A stretch of 64,000 nt of DNA from an uncultured delta proteobacterium (GTDB lineage Bacteria; Desulfobacterota; Binatia; Binatales; Binataceae). Both the position numbers and the translations under genes were made by a program. This document shows positions 29,483-39,481 of the stretch, piece after piece. The notes under the pieces were generated by a model. It had not been told where the DNA came from. It ran no database searches and was given only the letters and a program-made list of their open reading frames with translations. The stretch's first letter is position 1; each line of letters opens with the position of its first letter. The stretch lies in contig CAVRVY010000003.1 in assembly GCA_963724765.1 (NCBI GenBank), positions 864,001 through 928,000 on the forward strand, read 5' to 3'.

Positions 29483-32400
29483 TCAACGGAACTCAAGTGA
29501 TGACGACTCCATCAACATCTTACTTTCCATCAGATCCGGCGTATGAAACCCTTCTGTAAAAGACCGGTAGATCTCAGCCATTTTTCGCTGAGCTTCAGCA
29601 CCCCTGCCCTGCTTTTCATGGAATCGGCAAAGGCTAAGTGCAGCCCGCAACTCCAGGGACTTGGCGTTTTGGCGAGATGCAATACTAATGGCCTGATTAA
29701 AAAGAGCTTCGGCCTGTTCCTGTCTCTCGGACCTTGCGGGTTGATCCTCGGATAAGCCGATGATTAGTTCTGCTTTGAGTCGACACATCTCGGATTCCCA
29801 CCAACGCTCTTGAGTTCGGGCTACGATTTTTTGAGCCTCGGCTAACGCGACCAATCCCTGTTCAGCTTGGCCTGCTCTTCCGTGGGCCTCCGACGCGAGC
29901 GCAAGAAAATAGGGGACCATAACCTCGGCACCTGTGGCGCGGAAAGCGAACAAGCCTTTTCGAACTTGCTCAATACCGTCGTCGAGGATTCCTCGTTGAG
30001 TCAGCGCCCAACCCCGCATCACCAATCCCCAAGATCGCCAGTACTCAAACTCGTTCTCCGTCGATATTTTGATCGCGGCTTCGGCATGTTCTTGGGTTGC
30101 TGGGGCGTCTCGGCACAGCTGAAGGACCATTGCTCCAAAGCTCAAGGCTGCCGCCAAGCTGTAGGGGTGAGATAGCTTTCGCGCGAGCGCGACAGCCTGC
30201 GCGCTCTTATCGAGCGCCTGATCCGGGTAGCCTTGTATCCATAAAGTCCAAGCGGCTTGTGAAAGACACACTACTTTCGGGTCCTGGCCGAAGGCCAGCG
30301 AACCACACTGCGAAGAGTCGTGGTTTGCGATCACATAGTCGAGATGCTCCATGGCCGGAACAAACTCCGCGAGAGCTGTCAATGTAACTCCAAGTGCATG
30401 ATGCGCCTCCACTAGGAAAAAAGGGTCCTGAGCTGATTTAGCCAGGCTAAGGCACTCGTCAGCCAGCTCGCGAGCGGTTCCGTGTTCCGCCCTCGCGGTA
30501 TAAAAGACCCACAATCCCCACAACACGGGAAAAAGCTGAGGCGCCTGTCCCAACTGCTGACAAAGCTCGCGCGCTCGACCATAAGCTCTACCAACTTCAG
30601 GAGAGGCAAACCCCTTAATAGCTATTACGGGTGTACCTAGCACTAATTGAAGTGCGAGTTCTTGCTGTAGCCGTTCCGGCCTTTCAGGAAGAGCCTTGAT
30701 TAGCTCCAGGCCCTTGGCGAGATGACTTACCGCCTCAGCATTTGCGGATCTTTGAATAGCTTTTTCACCAGCTAGTTTCCAGTAAGGTATCGCATCTTCG
30801 GCGAGATCGGCTTCGGTGTAATGATGAGCGAGAAGCTGAGGCTGGCCTTCTACCAGCGCCGAGTAGTGCGTCCTTAGTTCGACGGCAATCCGCCGGTGAT
30901 AGGTTCGCCGTTTGCTCCGCAATAGGGATTCATAGGCAGCTTCTTGGATCAGCGTATGTCTGAATCTGTAGCTCGCTTCTGGGGGAATCCCCTGTTCGAG
31001 CAGCAGTTCGGCATTCGCTAGTCTGCTTAGCGCTGAATCGAGCTGTTGCTCCTCGACTTCAGCGATCGCACTGAGCAGTTCCCAAGAGAACTCATGCCCT
31101 ATTACGGAGGCTATCTGCGCGATTTCTCTCGCTTCTCCCAGGCGATCCAATCGTGCCATCAATGAGTCACGTAACGTTGCCGGAATCTCGTGCAATGCCG
31201 GGCTCGCGTCGCCCCCCTCGACCATAGTTCGGATCAATTCTTCGACGAACAGCGGCACCCCGCCGCTGCGTTCGATGACAGCTTCGATCGTGTCAGCCGG
31301 CAGCGAAGTGTTTGCTGTCATCAAAGTCGCCATGTCGCGCGCATTACGTGCGTTCAGACGATTCAGGGTCAGTTGGGCATGATGTGCTCGCATGGGCCAA
31401 GGCGGACGAAATTCCGGGCGAGCGGTGCAGATCAGAAGCAGTGGGGCCATCGCGTTCTGCTCAACTAACAGCTGGACAGCTTCCAGCGTAGAGGGGTCGG
31501 CCCAATGGAGGTCCTCGACTTCGATCACCAACGGTTGAATTCGTGCGGTCCCGATCGCCCAACTCGCGATTGTTGCCAGCAATCGCTTGCGCTGTTGTTC
31601 TGGTGGCTTTTGCGGCGGGGTGTATGTCGATGGAACCGCAATGTTCATGAGCGGCGCAATCAGCGGAACTGCCTCGTCGAGCTTGACGCCCGCTAATTTG
31701 AGCGATGCCTCGAGACCGGAGATTCGTTCTTCGGCCGTTTGCTGGCCTCGCCATCGAAACGCCTGCTGCAGCATATCCTCGATCGTATAGAAGGGAGTGT
31801 TCTGATGTAGCGATACTGCAGCAGATTCAACCCAAGTATGTCGGGTATTTGCAATCAGCTCGCGGAAGCGCTGAACCAGGCGTGACTTTCCGATTCCCGC
31901 TTCGCCTACGATCAGTACAGTTTGTCCTTCTCCTTCACGGGCCTGCTCCCAGCGATTCATTAGGAGACGCAATTCGTCTTCGCGCCCGATAAATGGTGTT
32001 AGACCGTGTTCCGCTGCGGCCGCGAGTCGGCCCCGCACTCCACTTGGCTGGACAACTCGGTACAAATGCAACGGATGATCGATGCCCTTTAGTAGCTTTG
32101 CTCCCTGATCTTCGACAACGAACAGACCAGAGATAAGACGGTGGACAGTTGCAGTTATAAGGACCGTATTTGGTGCGGCGGCATTCTGCACTCGCGATGC
32201 CGTATTGGGCACCTCGCCAAATACGTTCGCCCCCTTGCTGTTGGTATCGTCTACGACAACGGAACCAGTGTCTATTCCGATCCGTGCCGCGAGTCTGGGA
32301 TAGGACTTGTTCGCAAGCTGTCCATTCAGAGCAGAGACGGCATCCAGGATCGCGAGCCCGGCAAGCACCGCACGTTGCGCATCCTCGTCATGCGCCTGCG

Positions 32401-32806
32401 GATATCCGAAAAAGGCCAGTAAGCCGTCGCCGAGATATTGCGCGACGTATCCTCCGAACCTCGCTACTGATTCCGTCACGCTTCGGTGATAAAAGGTCAG
32501 GACTTCGCGCCAGTCCTCTGGGTCGAGCTTCGCCGCAATCTCGGTCGAGCCGACCAGGTCGCAGAACAGGACCGACAAATGACGCCGCTCGCCCTTGGTC
32601 CTCTGTGGGTAAGGGCTTAAAGGAAGTTCCGGCCCGCCTGCGGGCCGCGGTTGGGCATCGAGCTGAACCCCGCATTCCTCACAGTATTTGGCAGTGGTCC
32701 GATTGGCAGCCCTGCAGGCGGTGCATAGCAATAAAAGAGAAGTCGCGCATTCTACGCAGAACTTCGCATTTTCACGGTTCTCGGAACCACAAGCTGAACA
32801 ACGCAA
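29483..32806 (-). CDS. Double zinc ribbon - class III nucleotide cyclase - AAA ATPase - TPR protein
   Basis: Four CxxC pairs, FCDLVGST and GDG metal aspartates, NTASR, Walker A GEAGIGKS, Walker B EDLHWAD, GVPLFVEE, helical repeats. Confidence 0.92.
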   Translation of the reverse strand: MRCSACGSENRENAKFCVECATSLLLLCTACRAANRTTAKYCEECGVQLDAQPRPAGGPELPLSPYPQRTKGERRHLSVLFCDLVGSTEIAAKLDPEDWREVLTFYHRSVTESVARFGGYVAQYLGDGLLAFFGYPQAHDEDAQRAVLAGLAILDAVSALNGQLANKSYPRLAARIGIDTGSVVVDDTNSKGANVFGEVPNTASRVQNAAAPNTVLITATVHRLISGLFVVEDQGAKLLKGIDHPLHLYRVVQPSGVRGRLAAAAEHGLTPFIGREDELRLLMNRWEQAREGEGQTVLIVGEAGIGKSRLVQRFRELIANTRHTWVESAAVSLHQNTPFYTIEDMLQQAFRWRGQQTAEERISGLEASLKLAGVKLDEAVPLIAPLMNIAVPSTYTPPQKPPEQQRKRLLATIASWAIGTARIQPLVIEVEDLHWADPSTLEAVQLLVEQNAMAPLLLICTARPEFRPPWPMRAHHAQLTLNRLNARNARDMATLMTANTSLPADTIEAVIERSGGVPLFVEELIRTMVEGGDASPALHEIPATLRDSLMARLDRLGEAREIAQIASVIGHEFSWELLSAIAEVEEQQLDSALSRLANAELLLEQGIPPEASYRFRHTLIQEAAYESLLRSKRRTYHRRIAVELRTHYSALVEGQPQLLAHHYTEADLAEDAIPYWKLAGEKAIQRSANAEAVSHLAKGLELIKALPERPERLQQELALQLVLGTPVIAIKGFASPEVGRAYGRARELCQQLGQAPQLFPVLWGLWVFYTARAEHGTARELADECLSLAKSAQDPFFLVEAHHALGVTLTALAEFVPAMEHLDYVIANHDSSQCGSLAFGQDPKVVCLSQAAWTLWIQGYPDQALDKSAQAVALARKLSHPYSLAAALSFGAMVLQLCRDAPATQEHAEAAIKISTENEFEYWRSWGLVMRGWALTQRGILDDGIEQVRKGLFAFRATGAEVMVPYFLALASEAHGRAGQAEQGLVALAEAQKIVARTQERWWESEMCRLKAELIIGLSEDQPARSERQEQAEALFNQAISIASRQNAKSLELRAALSLCRFHEKQGRGAEAQRKMAEIYRSFTEGFHTPDLMESKMLMESSSLEFR

Positions 32807-32827
32807 AGTAGATGCCCTCTCTGCAAC

Positions 32828-32871
32828 TCAGCCGCTGTGTACCATCTTTGCAGGTTAACGGCTATCGCGAG
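32828..32871 (-). promoter_or_regulatory. Conserved bipartite motif, copy 1 (CTCRCGATAGC-N16/17-TGGTACACA)
   Basis: 37/44 identical to 43913..43956; about 20 nt upstream of the cyclase start. Confidence 0.7.
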
Positions 32872-32888
32872 ATGAAGGAGTCTTGCAG

Positions 32889-33080
32889 ATGGACCTAGCA
32901 AAATCGCGGGCGGATAGTCTTGCCGTATTCCCCCGATTTAGCGCGGCCGGAGCCGCTCTCCGGGTCCGTGCGCAATCGAAAATCGCGCCCACACGCGCGC
33001 TTTTCGAACGATTATCCGGTAAGTACCAAAACTGACGGACTGGGTGGTGGATGAGGCAGTCTTGGGCGAACCCTTCTCTG
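32889..33080. repeat. tRNA-end-associated repeat, copy 1, with tRNA-3'-like remnant
   Basis: 28 bp ATGGACCTAGCAAAATCGCGGGCGGATA identical to 44215..44242, then patchy similarity; the minus strand ends in GGTTCG...CCACCA. Confidence 0.7.
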
Positions 33081-33223
33081 GCTATTTTGGCAATTTTGGC
33101 AGAGGAAAACGGCTTCTCGGTGCATACGCAGAACAATGTTTGATAACTTTCGGCGCGCAGATGGGCGCGGTAAGAACGAAGACTGACCGATGCTTCCCGA
33201 CGACGCCCCAGCTTCTTGCGAAA

Positions 33224-33640
33224 CTAGCCCGCATTGCGCGCGACCCAGGCGACGAAGTCGCCCTCGGTTAGGATGCCGACCAAGCGGCCGTCCTTGATTA
33301 CCGGAAGACAACCGATTTTGCGTTCCATCAGCACACGCGCAGCTTCCGCAAGTGGAGTGTCTGGAGTGGTCGTAAGCACGTCGGTGGCCATCACGTCCTT
33401 CACGAACAGTGTGTCCAGCAGTTTGCGTCGGGCGTGCTGCCCATACCCAAGCGCCTGAGCCAGCGCTCCGCGAAAGAGATCGCGCTGGCTCACGATTCCG
33501 ACTACTTCTTTGCCATCATCGTCCAAAACCGGGAGATGCCGGATCCGTCCGAGATTCATCACGTCGTCGGCGAGCGTCAGTTTCTCGTTGCGCTGCAGCG
33601 TGGTCACATCCGGTGTCATCACATCTTTGACTCGTGTCAC
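33224..33640 (-). CDS. CBS-domain pair protein
   Basis: VKDVM..., IRHLPV, VGIVSQRD, IGCLPV, LVGILTEGD. Confidence 0.92.
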   Translation of the reverse strand: MTRVKDVMTPDVTTLQRNEKLTLADDVMNLGRIRHLPVLDDDGKEVVGIVSQRDLFRGALAQALGYGQHARRKLLDTLFVKDVMATDVLTTTPDTPLAEAARVLMERKIGCLPVIKDGRLVGILTEGDFVAWVARNAG

Positions 33641-33989
33641 TTCTTTCGCCCTCGGCTCCGTGCAGTAGCAGATAATTTCGATTGCGATGTAAGCTTATCG
33701 CGCTTGAGAACGAGATTCGCACTGCCCCGATCATGTTCCGGTCCGCGTCGTGCTCGGAGCGGATGCGTCATTCGCTCCTTCTACCTCTACCGCAGTGAGT
33801 CCGCCTTGGTGATTTAGAGATTCCGGTTTAGCGCGGCCTTGACCTGAACCCACTATAGGTCATATACGCGCCTAGAATAAGAGCAATAGCGAAGTACCAG
33901 TAGAAAAGCTGTTCGAACTGAATCGCCCTGAAGAGCCCGACGACAGTGATTGGAGACAGAAGCAGGAGGAGCAGACCGCACGGATCAGC

Positions 33990-34250
33990 ATCGACCACCT
34001 TACGAACTCGGCCTCCGCGTGTCGCCGCGCACGATCCGGAAATATTTGCCAAAGTTGCTGGCGGCACCACAATCATCCTTGGGGCCCGGCCTGCCCGATC
34101 CGCCCCTGATTTTCTGCATTTGCAACGCCAGAGGCATCGCTTCGACCGATCAAGCCGATTGTGGCGCAGTCCGTCCTCAACGGATTTCACCACGAATATA
34201 GCCTCCTGGCCCGCGCTGCATGAGTGTCGTAGAGTTTTTGCGGACGACAG
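33990..34250. mobile_element. Transposase remnant
   Basis: + strand ELGLRVSPRTIRKYLPK resembles the HTH of integrase-core transposases; no complete ORF. Confidence 0.4.
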
Positions 34251-34292
34251 TTGAGCTCCAAGTTCTGACCAGCGCCAGCGCAATACGCGATT

Positions 34293-35126
34293 TCAACACT
34301 TTGGCGGTCCATCGCGGATCAAACCACGAACTATTTCGAGAGGGCATTGCGAGAGGCCGAACGTCTCTACCCACCAAGTTGCCCCCGCTGTGGCGTACGC
34401 GGTCACGATTTCGTGGCTTCTTTGCGAGCCTGCGATGCTCCCTAGTTGAACGACGTCGAAGGGCGACTCAGTCGTTCTTAATCGCTTTATGTAGTTGGAC
34501 AGCTCAGCAAGCTGACTGGGAGTAATCGAATGAGCAAAATCACCCGCCACGGGAACGACTCCATCGAAACGAGCGGCTCGCTGCAAGGGAAGTTTTCTTG
34601 GCCACGTTCCAGCTACCCAAATTGGAATTCGAGGAGACTGGAAGGTTCTCGGCATGAATTGCGCCCCATTCACACGGTAGTACTGGCCAACGAATGAAAA
34701 CGTCTCTCCGGTCCATAAGCCGGTAAGTACGGCAAGGCCCTCGTCCAACATCTGCGCTCGGACCCTGTCCTCAAGCGGACCGCCGAAGGTGGTGATTTCT
34801 CCGAAAACATCGCTTCCAGAGCCGACCCCTAAAATGAATCGTCCCTGCGACAAGTGGTCGAGCGTAACGGTCTCCCGTGCGAGCTTCCATGGATTGCGGC
34901 GGAACAGCGGTGTAACAAGTGTTCCGAAACGGATTCGTGTCGTAGTCAACGCGATCGCCGCTAGGACTATCCAAGGATCGGCGGTTGGCGCTGCCTGCTC
35001 AAATTGTAAATGGTCCCAAACGAAGCAACCGTCCCAGCCAGCGTTTTCGGCTTCCCGCGCGAGTTCCGCGAGAAGACGCGGATCGCTATATTGACCGGAT
35101 AACGGAAAATCGATCGCGAACTGCAT
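34293..35126 (-). CDS. LLM-class flavin-dependent oxidoreductase
   Basis: AENAGWDGCFVWDH, DPWIVLAAIA, TLDHLSQGRFILGVGSG. Confidence 0.9.
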   Translation of the reverse strand: MQFAIDFPLSGQYSDPRLLAELAREAENAGWDGCFVWDHLQFEQAAPTADPWIVLAAIALTTTRIRFGTLVTPLFRRNPWKLARETVTLDHLSQGRFILGVGSGSDVFGEITTFGGPLEDRVRAQMLDEGLAVLTGLWTGETFSFVGQYYRVNGAQFMPRTFQSPRIPIWVAGTWPRKLPLQRAARFDGVVPVAGDFAHSITPSQLAELSNYIKRLRTTESPFDVVQLGSIAGSQRSHEIVTAYATAGATWWVETFGLSQCPLEIVRGLIRDGPPKC

Positions 35127-35301
35127 TTCGCCCAGATTCCGTCTAACCTATCGTCAGACATCTCCCATAGCGTTTCGCTCGATCCAAACGCAGCTATGTC
35201 CAATTACACATTCAAGCTATACCGCCAGAGCAAGATTATCATAAACGAAGTACCTCACTGCTCTTGGCGATATTTAACTCACAGTCTATTTGCATTATTT
35301 T

Positions 35302-36645
35302 TCAGATCGCAGGCGCTATGTTTTGGTTAACCTTGAAGAAATTGTCGGGATCGAAGGTACCCTTGATCTTCGATAGCCGATGATATTTATCTCCATAGGC
35401 GGCGCGCACTCGATCCTCGCCCTCATTTTCCAGGTCATTCACATATACCGCACCGGTTGATAGAGGTTCGATCGCGCTAAAGAATCTCTCGACCCACGTC
35501 CACGAGCTCTCACGCTCGTTGGCTTTTCGCCAATAGGAATGGATCCAGAATTCAAATCCGGTGCGTCGAAAACCAAATGCATTGTCGTGAGGCTTAGCGC
35601 ACCACGGTCCATGCCAGTACATCATAGTGATACCGCTCGCTTCGTGGGGCGCATTCGAAGCATGATCTGTGATGACATCGATAATACTTTCGGTAATCCT
35701 TTTGAAGTGACCCGCACGCCGATGACTAGAGTACTCGCCCTCTGGCACGTCGTAGCCGCCTCTCTGCTCATCGAGATAGGCTTTCTGTTTTATCGTATCC
35801 TCAAATGGTCGCAAGTAAGTGCGAAGGGGGTGTAGCAATCGTTCCCCTTTTTCCTTTTTGCCCATCCACACGACTTTGACGTCCAGCATCCGCTCGCCGG
35901 GGTGCGGCAGCACAGCTGCAATCAGGAATAACTCGGATGGAATTGTTGGTGCGAAGGCGTTGAGAAAACGCAGGACCTTTTTGGCCTGCCGAATCGGATA
36001 TCTAAGGCTGCCTGACAAAACAGTTTTGATGGGATGTAGCTGGAATTCGAGCAAAGTAGCGATACCGATATTCGCTCCTGCGCCACGCATCGCCCAGAAC
36101 AAATCGGGATTCGTCTTTGCTGTGGCCGTTAAGACCTTCCCATCCGAGGTCACCACTTCGAGACCGACGATGCTATCGCATGCATAGCCGAACTTCGGCG
36201 TGAGGGAACTTTCACCTCCGCCTAGGGAATACCCTGCCACGCCAACGGTCGGACATGAGCCGAGTGGTATTGCCATTTCGAACGACTGCGTAAGACAATC
36301 CAGCTCGCCCGCGAGGATCCCCGGCTCAATAACAATTGTCCCGTAAGCGGGATCGATCCGCACGCGCTTCATAGGCGATAGATCGATGACCATTCCATCA
36401 TCGCATACACCGTGCCCCGCGAAACTGTGGCCACCTGATCGAACCGCGGTGAGCAGAGTTTTTTCACGAGCAAATTCAACAGCTAGTTGGACGTCTTTCC
36501 GGTTAGCACATCTCACAATGATCGCAGGCCGTTTGTTGACCGCGCGATTCTTGACCTGGCGTAGGTGGACGTACTTCCTGTCGCGCGGCAGGACTAGCTC
36601 GCCGGTTAGGGACTTCGCAAAGCTAGTGATGGCGGAAATGGTCAT
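35302..36645 (-). CDS. FAD-linked oxidase, berberine-bridge-enzyme-like
   Basis: VRSGGHS, GSCPTVGVAG..LGGG, DLFWAMRGAG, YVND, DPDNFF. Confidence 0.9.
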   Translation of the reverse strand: MTISAITSFAKSLTGELVLPRDRKYVHLRQVKNRAVNKRPAIIVRCANRKDVQLAVEFAREKTLLTAVRSGGHSFAGHGVCDDGMVIDLSPMKRVRIDPAYGTIVIEPGILAGELDCLTQSFEMAIPLGSCPTVGVAGYSLGGGESSLTPKFGYACDSIVGLEVVTSDGKVLTATAKTNPDLFWAMRGAGANIGIATLLEFQLHPIKTVLSGSLRYPIRQAKKVLRFLNAFAPTIPSELFLIAAVLPHPGERMLDVKVVWMGKKEKGERLLHPLRTYLRPFEDTIKQKAYLDEQRGGYDVPEGEYSSHRRAGHFKRITESIIDVITDHASNAPHEASGITMMYWHGPWCAKPHDNAFGFRRTGFEFWIHSYWRKANERESSWTWVERFFSAIEPLSTGAVYVNDLENEGEDRVRAAYGDKYHRLSKIKGTFDPDNFFKVNQNIAPAI

Positions 36646-37039
36646 CGAACACCTACTGGCATCGCGCTTCGAGTTTCGGGAAGTCTGCTCATCGACAAGA
36701 GACGCTCATTGCTGAAGAGTTAGCGGCAGGATATCTCCTTCAGCGGTCTGTGCAGTTTTCCTACCCTCTCTCCTCATCTGCTTCTGAATGTCCGATTTTG
36801 TCGCGCACCTTCACAATCGCGTCACGCCGGACGAGTTCCTAACAGCCAAACTAATCGACGCTAACGAGCGACGAGCCTCATTGCGCGCTCGCGTTTCCTC
36901 ACTTAACATCAATCCATCGAGCTAAGCGAGGCGTTCGATGCGAGCTTTGAAAAGAGACGCAAATTTACCGCAGCACGCTCCCGTCTGCGTGCTCGGAGAA
37001 TCATACTGACCGGAGCTGAAAGCGTGGCTGAGGACGACG

Positions 37040-37345
37040 CTAGTTTCGGAGCCGTGCTGTGGGACGCGCCCTGACGTAGAGCCCGACAGCCAGGTACAAA
37101 ATTTCCTGCGCAGACCAATTTCCAAGACTCGTTCTTGAAGAATTCCGGGAGTTTTCGCGCGATGGAATGACGGCAACAGGCTGAATCTGCGGATTTTCGG
37201 TTGTGGGAACTGTCTTCGCCGTCTTGTAGTTCTCGGCTTCTCTCATTCGCAAGAGCGCATAGCTGAACGGCTCATTTGGGATTGTGACGGCACTCTGGTA
37301 AGGATGCGCCCATACTAGAATCGCAAGAATCGTTACTCCCAGCAT
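37040..37345 (-). CDS. Hypothetical protein with hydrophobic N-terminus
   Basis: ORF only; starts just outside the IS3 end. Confidence 0.3.
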   Translation of the reverse strand: MLGVTILAILVWAHPYQSAVTIPNEPFSYALLRMREAENYKTAKTVPTTENPQIQPVAVIPSRENSRNSSRTSLGNWSAQEILYLAVGLYVRARPTARLRN

Positions 37346-37442
37346 GATAGAAAGAAAACGCGCACATCGCCGCCTGCTGGCGTGCGCCCCTAAAACTCAG
37401 CCAATTTTGAGGTAGAGTCCGTCGACTGAAAAGAGACGGGCG

Positions 37443-37709
37443 ATGAAAGGAAGCCGGTTCAGCGAGGAGCAAATCATCGGGGTGTTGCGTGAGCACGAGG
37501 CAGGGGCGAAGACCGAAGAGGTATGCCGGCGCCACGGGATCTCAAGCGCGACACTTTACAAGTGGAAATCGAAGTACGGTGGGCTTGAGGTATCGGAGGC
37601 ACGCCGCCTCAAGGCTCTGGAGGACGAAAACCGGTGCTTAAAGCGGCTGCTGGCCGAATCGATGCTGGACAATGCGGCGCTCAAGGACCTACTCGGAAAA
37701 AACGTCTGA
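37443..37709 (+). CDS. IS3-family transposase OrfA
   Basis: SRFSEEQIIGVLREHEAG, CRRHGIS.AT.YKWKSKYGG. Confidence 0.92.
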   Translation: MKGSRFSEEQIIGVLREHEAGAKTEEVCRRHGISSATLYKWKSKYGGLEVSEARRLKALEDENRCLKRLLAESMLDNAALKDLLGKNV

Positions 37710-38444
37710 AGCCTGCGGCGCAAAGACTGGCGGTGAACAAAGTGACGGAGCGCCACGGGCTGGAGTCAGCGACACGCCTGCCGACTGGCAGGGATGGATC
37801 GTTCGACCCGACGCTACCAAGGCAAGCGACCGGACGACTCGGCGCTTCGACAGCGGCTGCGAGAGCTCGCCGCGGAGCGCCGCCGATTCGGGTATCGGCG
37901 CTTAGGCTGGATGCTGCTCGCGAAGGTCATGTGATGAACCACAAGCGCCTCTACCGGCTGTACCGCGAAGAGCGGCTCATGGTGCGCAGGCGCGGCCGGC
38001 GCAAACGAGCGTTGGGAACCCGGGCACCGATACTGTTGCCGCACGCGATCAACCAACGCTGGTCGCTCAACTTCGTGTCCGACACGCTGCGTGATAGGCG
38101 ACGCTTCCGCATCCTGGGTGGTGGACGACTTCAGCCGCGAGTGCCTGGCAACCGTGGTCGATACGTCGCTAGGAGGAGTGCGGGTGGTGCGCGCGAGCTG
38201 GAACGGCTGGCGACCGAGCGCGCGGTGCCCCAAGAGATGATTAGCGATAACGGAACCGAACTCACCACGTGTTGCTCAGTCTCACCGAGGCAGCCAGATC
38301 ATCGAAGCGTGGCGCTACGACTACAATCACCTCCGCCCGCACGGCAGCCTCGGAGCCTTGACCCCAAACGAGTTCGCGGTGCTTAAAGGACAGGAAACAC
38401 AACCGCCCCAGGAGGGCGAAATTAACCGCGGTCTCTACTTATGA
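37710..38444 (+). pseudogene. IS3-family OrfB remnant
   Basis: RRFGYRRL, NHKRLYRLYREE, NQRWSLNFVSD and SDNGTE in shifting frames. Confidence 0.85.
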
Positions 38445-38724
38445 ACGGCGGGAAGTTGGGGTGCACGCCACAGCGACTCTAAATCAAACTTAGCAACGCC
38501 AGTTTAGTTGCATGACTTGAGGTGGTAATTCCTGCCGACACCTATCGCCCGAATTACTTTCAAGAGGTTTAGGGTTTCGCCTACTACAAAAAAGCCCAGT
38601 TCCAAAGGATTATCGCACCGCAGGGTCTAAGTTTTGTATCGTAACAGGCGCAATCACTAGATGCGCGACGCGCGTTGTAGCGAAAGCGTTCCGCGACTTC
38701 TTCAGCCGCGGACTATTTTCATCA

Positions 38725-38934
38725 TTAGGAGTTCCTACGCTTCCTACGCTGGTCTCCTGTCATGGGTCTGTCATCTTCTTCGGGCTTGCCTCCTGTCTTA
38801 GCGATTTCGACTTCGTCCTGAGCGATTTCTTGCGCCGGCTGATTGGTCTTGATGGCAACCCGGACCACTCGTCCAGCTTTTTCTTCACGATCATTCGCTT
38901 TCGCGCGGCCGGGAGCTTTCACTCTATTAGTCAT
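38725..38934 (-). CDS. Small charged hypothetical protein
   Basis: AAGGAG RBS upstream of ATG; 69 aa. Confidence 0.5.
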   Translation of the reverse strand: MTNRVKAPGRAKANDREEKAGRVVRVAIKTNQPAQEIAQDEVEIAKTGGKPEEDDRPMTGDQRRKRRNS

Positions 38935-39035
38935 GTACTAGTACTCCTTCTGCTCGCTAGATTTGCAATCCAGTTCTTAGCGTTGAACCGCTTCGGTACG
39001 TAAACAGATTCTATCGCGAGCCGAAGCAGCTGTAT

Positions 39036-39182
39036 TTACAGACGTCCGCTGAGGAGCATAACGATCAGAACGATTAGGATGATTCCGCCAATCCCAATTC
39101 CTCCATAGGGTCCATACGCATAATAACCACCCCCTCCGCCAAAGAGAAGAAGCAAGATTAGAATCAGTACCAAAGGTGACAT
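39036..39182 (-). CDS. DUF3309-like small membrane protein (48 aa, absent from the ORF track)
   Basis: MSPLVLILILLLLFGGGGGYYAYGPYGGIGIGGIILIVLIVMLLSGRL; GGGAG RBS. Confidence 0.8.
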   Translation of the reverse strand: MSPLVLILILLLLFGGGGGYYAYGPYGGIGIGGIILIVLIVMLLSGRL

Positions 39183-39481
39183 AACAGTCTCCCTATAAAG
39201 CTCGACAAATTGGAGAAACGTTCTGCATCAAACGCACCGTCTCGGCCTTATACTCTTCCGAGAACCTCCACCGTCTGCCGCCTCGCCCTTGCTCCATTGC
39301 TCACTTCTATCGCCCCTACTTTCGCGCTTTCGGAATGTCCTTCAAACCGGGGGGCATGGCCCTCTACCCGTTCATCCTCTTAACCGCACCGGAATTCAGC
39401 TATGGCGATAGTCTATTTCCTTGTCGCGCAGTATACCGTAGAGCAACCCGAATGCCGGGACGAGACTGCTATGATCGAGAC

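Larger units (their letters stand above)
37378..38470 (+). mobile_element. Decayed IS3-family element
   Basis: TG...CA ends with imperfect inverted repeats (TGGCGTGCGCCCC vs TGGCGTGCACCCC); intact orfA; A6 run at the orfA/B junction; orfB broken by frameshifts and deletion. Confidence 0.88.

Noticed and set aside
33035-33080. A second tRNA gene
   Set aside because: Only a T-arm/acceptor-like remnant; no D or anticodon arm can be folded
37374-38474. Target-site duplication of the IS3 element
   Set aside because: The flanks CTGC and CAGC do not match exactly
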